Source: Coprobacillaceae bacterium
GTDB lineage: Bacteria; Bacillota_I; Bacilli_A; Erysipelotrichales; Coprobacillaceae
Length of the DNA stretch: 32,000 bases
Direction: 5' to 3'
NCBI GenBank assembly: GCA_963675515.1
Contig: OY776328.1
Span: forward strand, 60,001 to 92,000
Shown piece by piece: positions 30,951-32,000 of this stretch; positions within the stretch are counted from its first letter, which is position 1, and every line of letters starts with the position of its first letter. The position numbers and the translations under genes are program-made. The notes beneath the pieces are model-generated. The model saw nothing but the letters and a program-made list of their open reading frames with translations. It ran no database searches and was not told where the DNA came from.

Positions 30951-30975
30951 TATCCCGATATCGGGATAACACCAC
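30944..30975. repeat. 32-bp perfect palindrome GTGGTGTTATCCCGAT|ATCGGGATAACACCAC straddling the IRR end
   Basis: Manual reverse complement is identical. It consists of the last 7 nt of IRR, two inverted TATCCCGAT boxes, and a second copy of ACACCAC, the first 7 nt of IRL. Confidence 0.9.
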
Positions 30976-31001
30976 CGTACATACGGTTCCGTATACGGCG
31001 G
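30972..31001 (-). ncRNA. group II intron domain V-like hairpin
   Basis: Minus strand reads CCGCCGUAU-ACG-GAAC-CGU-AU-GUACGGUGG. It has a 9-bp lower helix with CGC at positions 2-4 and a G.U wobble at the G, a 2-nt bulge on the 3' strand, a 3-bp upper helix and a 4-nt loop. It starts 1 nt after the RT ORF stop codon. Confidence 0.65.
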
Positions 31002-31002
31002 T

Positions 31003-32000
31003 TCAGCACTTTACGCGTTTATAGTAATCTAAAAAGAATATATAGTTTAATGATTTGATATATTCATTCGACAGCGTCTTACTAAGAACTGGGCTATGGG
31101 CAATTCGCCAATAGCCTTTTCTTGTGTTCGCATTTCGATATGCTTCATTGTCATTCATTCCTAACTTGACGAGGTTTTCATGCCTAGTCTTTATTTTCTT
31201 CCATTGTTTCCACAATCGGCATCTAATCTTGGCCCGCATCCATTGGTCTGTTTCAGACATCAGTGTCTTCATGTTGGCTATTTTGAAATAGTTGACCCAT
31301 CCCATGATGAATCTTCTGAGCATTACTGGGTGATAATCATTTGATATATGCCCTTTTGTCTTGCTTAGAAGTTCCCTCATGCGGTTCTTCATTTTGACAA
31401 CTGACTTGGGGTGTACTCTAACCTGAGCGCCATCTTTATTGAAATAGAACCCAAAGCCAAGAAACTTCACTTTTGGTGCATAGGCAACCACAGTTTTGTC
31501 TCTGTTGACTTTTAGTTTCAGCTTGCCTTCAATGAACTCAGTTACTGATTTCATGACTCTTTGTGCCCCCCTTGAACTTTTGCAGAGTATCATTACGTCA
31601 TCCGCGTAGCGAACGAAGCGGTGGCCTCGTTGTTCCAGTTCCCTATCCAATTCGTTGAGCATAATGTTTGAAAGTATCGGACTGAGTGGTCCTCCTTGAG
31701 GTACGCCGACTATGGTCTTTCGATATTCTCCTTCAACTTCTACTCCCGCATTGAGATAACGGTTAATGAGCGAAATCACTCTTCCATCCTTGATTGTCTT
31801 TGACAGTATCGTTATCAGTTTATCATGATTGACCGTGTCAAAGTATTTCTCCAAGTCCATATCTACGATTTGACGGTATCCGGCATTGAGATTTTCAACG
31901 CATTTTTCAATCGCATCGTGGGCACTTCTTTGGGGGCGGAATCCATAACTATTTTCACTAAACAACGGTTCGTAGATAGGTGTCAGCACTTGGGCGATTG
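31003..32000 (-). CDS. group II intron reverse transcriptase/maturase (partial; N-terminus beyond the window end; no C-terminal endonuclease domain visible)
   Basis: Has LTPIYEPLFSENSYGFRPQRSAHDAI, DLEKYFDTVNH, GVPQGGPLSPILSNI, the YADD motif in RYADDVMIL, and a maturase X-like region (RRFIMGWVNYF). The frame stays open to position 32000. Confidence 0.9.
   Translation of the reverse strand, partial: IAQVLTPIYEPLFSENSYGFRPQRSAHDAIEKCVENLNAGYRQIVDMDLEKYFDTVNHDKLITILSKTIKDGRVISLINRYLNAGVEVEGEYRKTIVGVPQGGPLSPILSNIMLNELDRELEQRGHRFVRYADDVMILCKSSRGAQRVMKSVTEFIEGKLKLKVNRDKTVVAYAPKVKFLGFGFYFNKDGAQVRVHPKSVVKMKNRMRELLSKTKGHISNDYHPVMLRRFIMGWVNYFKIANMKTLMSETDQWMRAKIRCRLWKQWKKIKTRHENLVKLGMNDNEAYRNANTRKGYWRIAHSPVLSKTLSNEYIKSLNYIFFLDYYKRVKC

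Larger units (their letters stand above)
27514..30975 (+). mobile_element. recombinase-in-trio (RIT)-type element: three tyrosine recombinase genes between perfect 88-bp inverted repeats, plus an 18-bp box palindrome and a 7-bp terminal repeat at the right end
   Basis: IRL 27514-27601 equals the reverse complement of IRR 30863-30950 at 88/88 positions (checked base by base). The three co-directional recombinase ORFs have overlapping stops and starts. The element is AT-richer than the flanks. Confidence 0.85.
30972..32000 (-). mobile_element. group II intron, 3' portion (RT/maturase ORF plus domain V); the 5' part lies beyond the window end and domain VI is not recognisable
   Basis: RT ORF plus a D5-like hairpin. 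The sequence expected to be D6 is replaced by RIT end sequence. Confidence 0.75.

Noticed and set aside
30951-30968. The perfect hairpin TATCCCGATATCGGGATA as group II intron domain VI
   Set aside because: It has no bulged branch-point adenosine, and it is made of two copies of the RIT box found six more times in the RIT repeats. It therefore belongs to the RIT end rather than to the intron.

Overview
About 27.4 kb of this window is conserved housekeeping chromosome with Bacillus-like gene order. It probably comes from an anaerobic low/mid-GC Firmicute, since it has the RNA polymerase delta subunit, HPr kinase and desulfoferrodoxin. The last ~4.5 kb is accessory mobile DNA. On the minus strand the order is: ctp-like S41 protease, uvrB, an HD-domain CCA-type nucleotidyltransferase, uvrA, hprK, lgt and the 5' part of a ppaX-like gene, most with short overlaps or tiny gaps. 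These are followed by gap; an HD-hydrolase/DUF1934/cls/argS/rpoE block; desulfoferrodoxin; and an aconitase/isocitrate-dehydrogenase-family/GntR operon. On the plus strand are a GH4 phospho-beta-glucosidase-like gene with an MFS permease, an ABC-F ATPase, bcp and a GH1 phospho-beta-glucosidase. Directly after the GH1 terminator (~27.45 kb) the sequence becomes visibly AT-richer. It contains an intact three-gene tyrosine-recombinase element of the recombinase-in-trio (RIT) type, bounded by perfect 88-bp inverted repeats built from a reiterated TTATMCCGAC box. Its right end forms a 32-bp perfect palindrome that looks like a classical tyrosine-recombinase core site (10-bp inverted arms around a 6-bp CACCAC spacer). 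This palindrome abuts, and apparently interrupts, the 3' end of a minus-strand group II intron just after a domain-V-like hairpin; the intron RT/maturase ORF runs off the window end. Secondary observations are a triple TTGTATACAA operator array bracketing the aconitase-operon promoter, the cca-like gene wedged between uvrB and uvrA, and a codon-usage dichotomy between a few catabolic genes and their neighbours. I saw no rRNA, tRNA or CRISPR array. All calls rest on reading the ORF translations and on manual reverse-complementing; no database search was possible.
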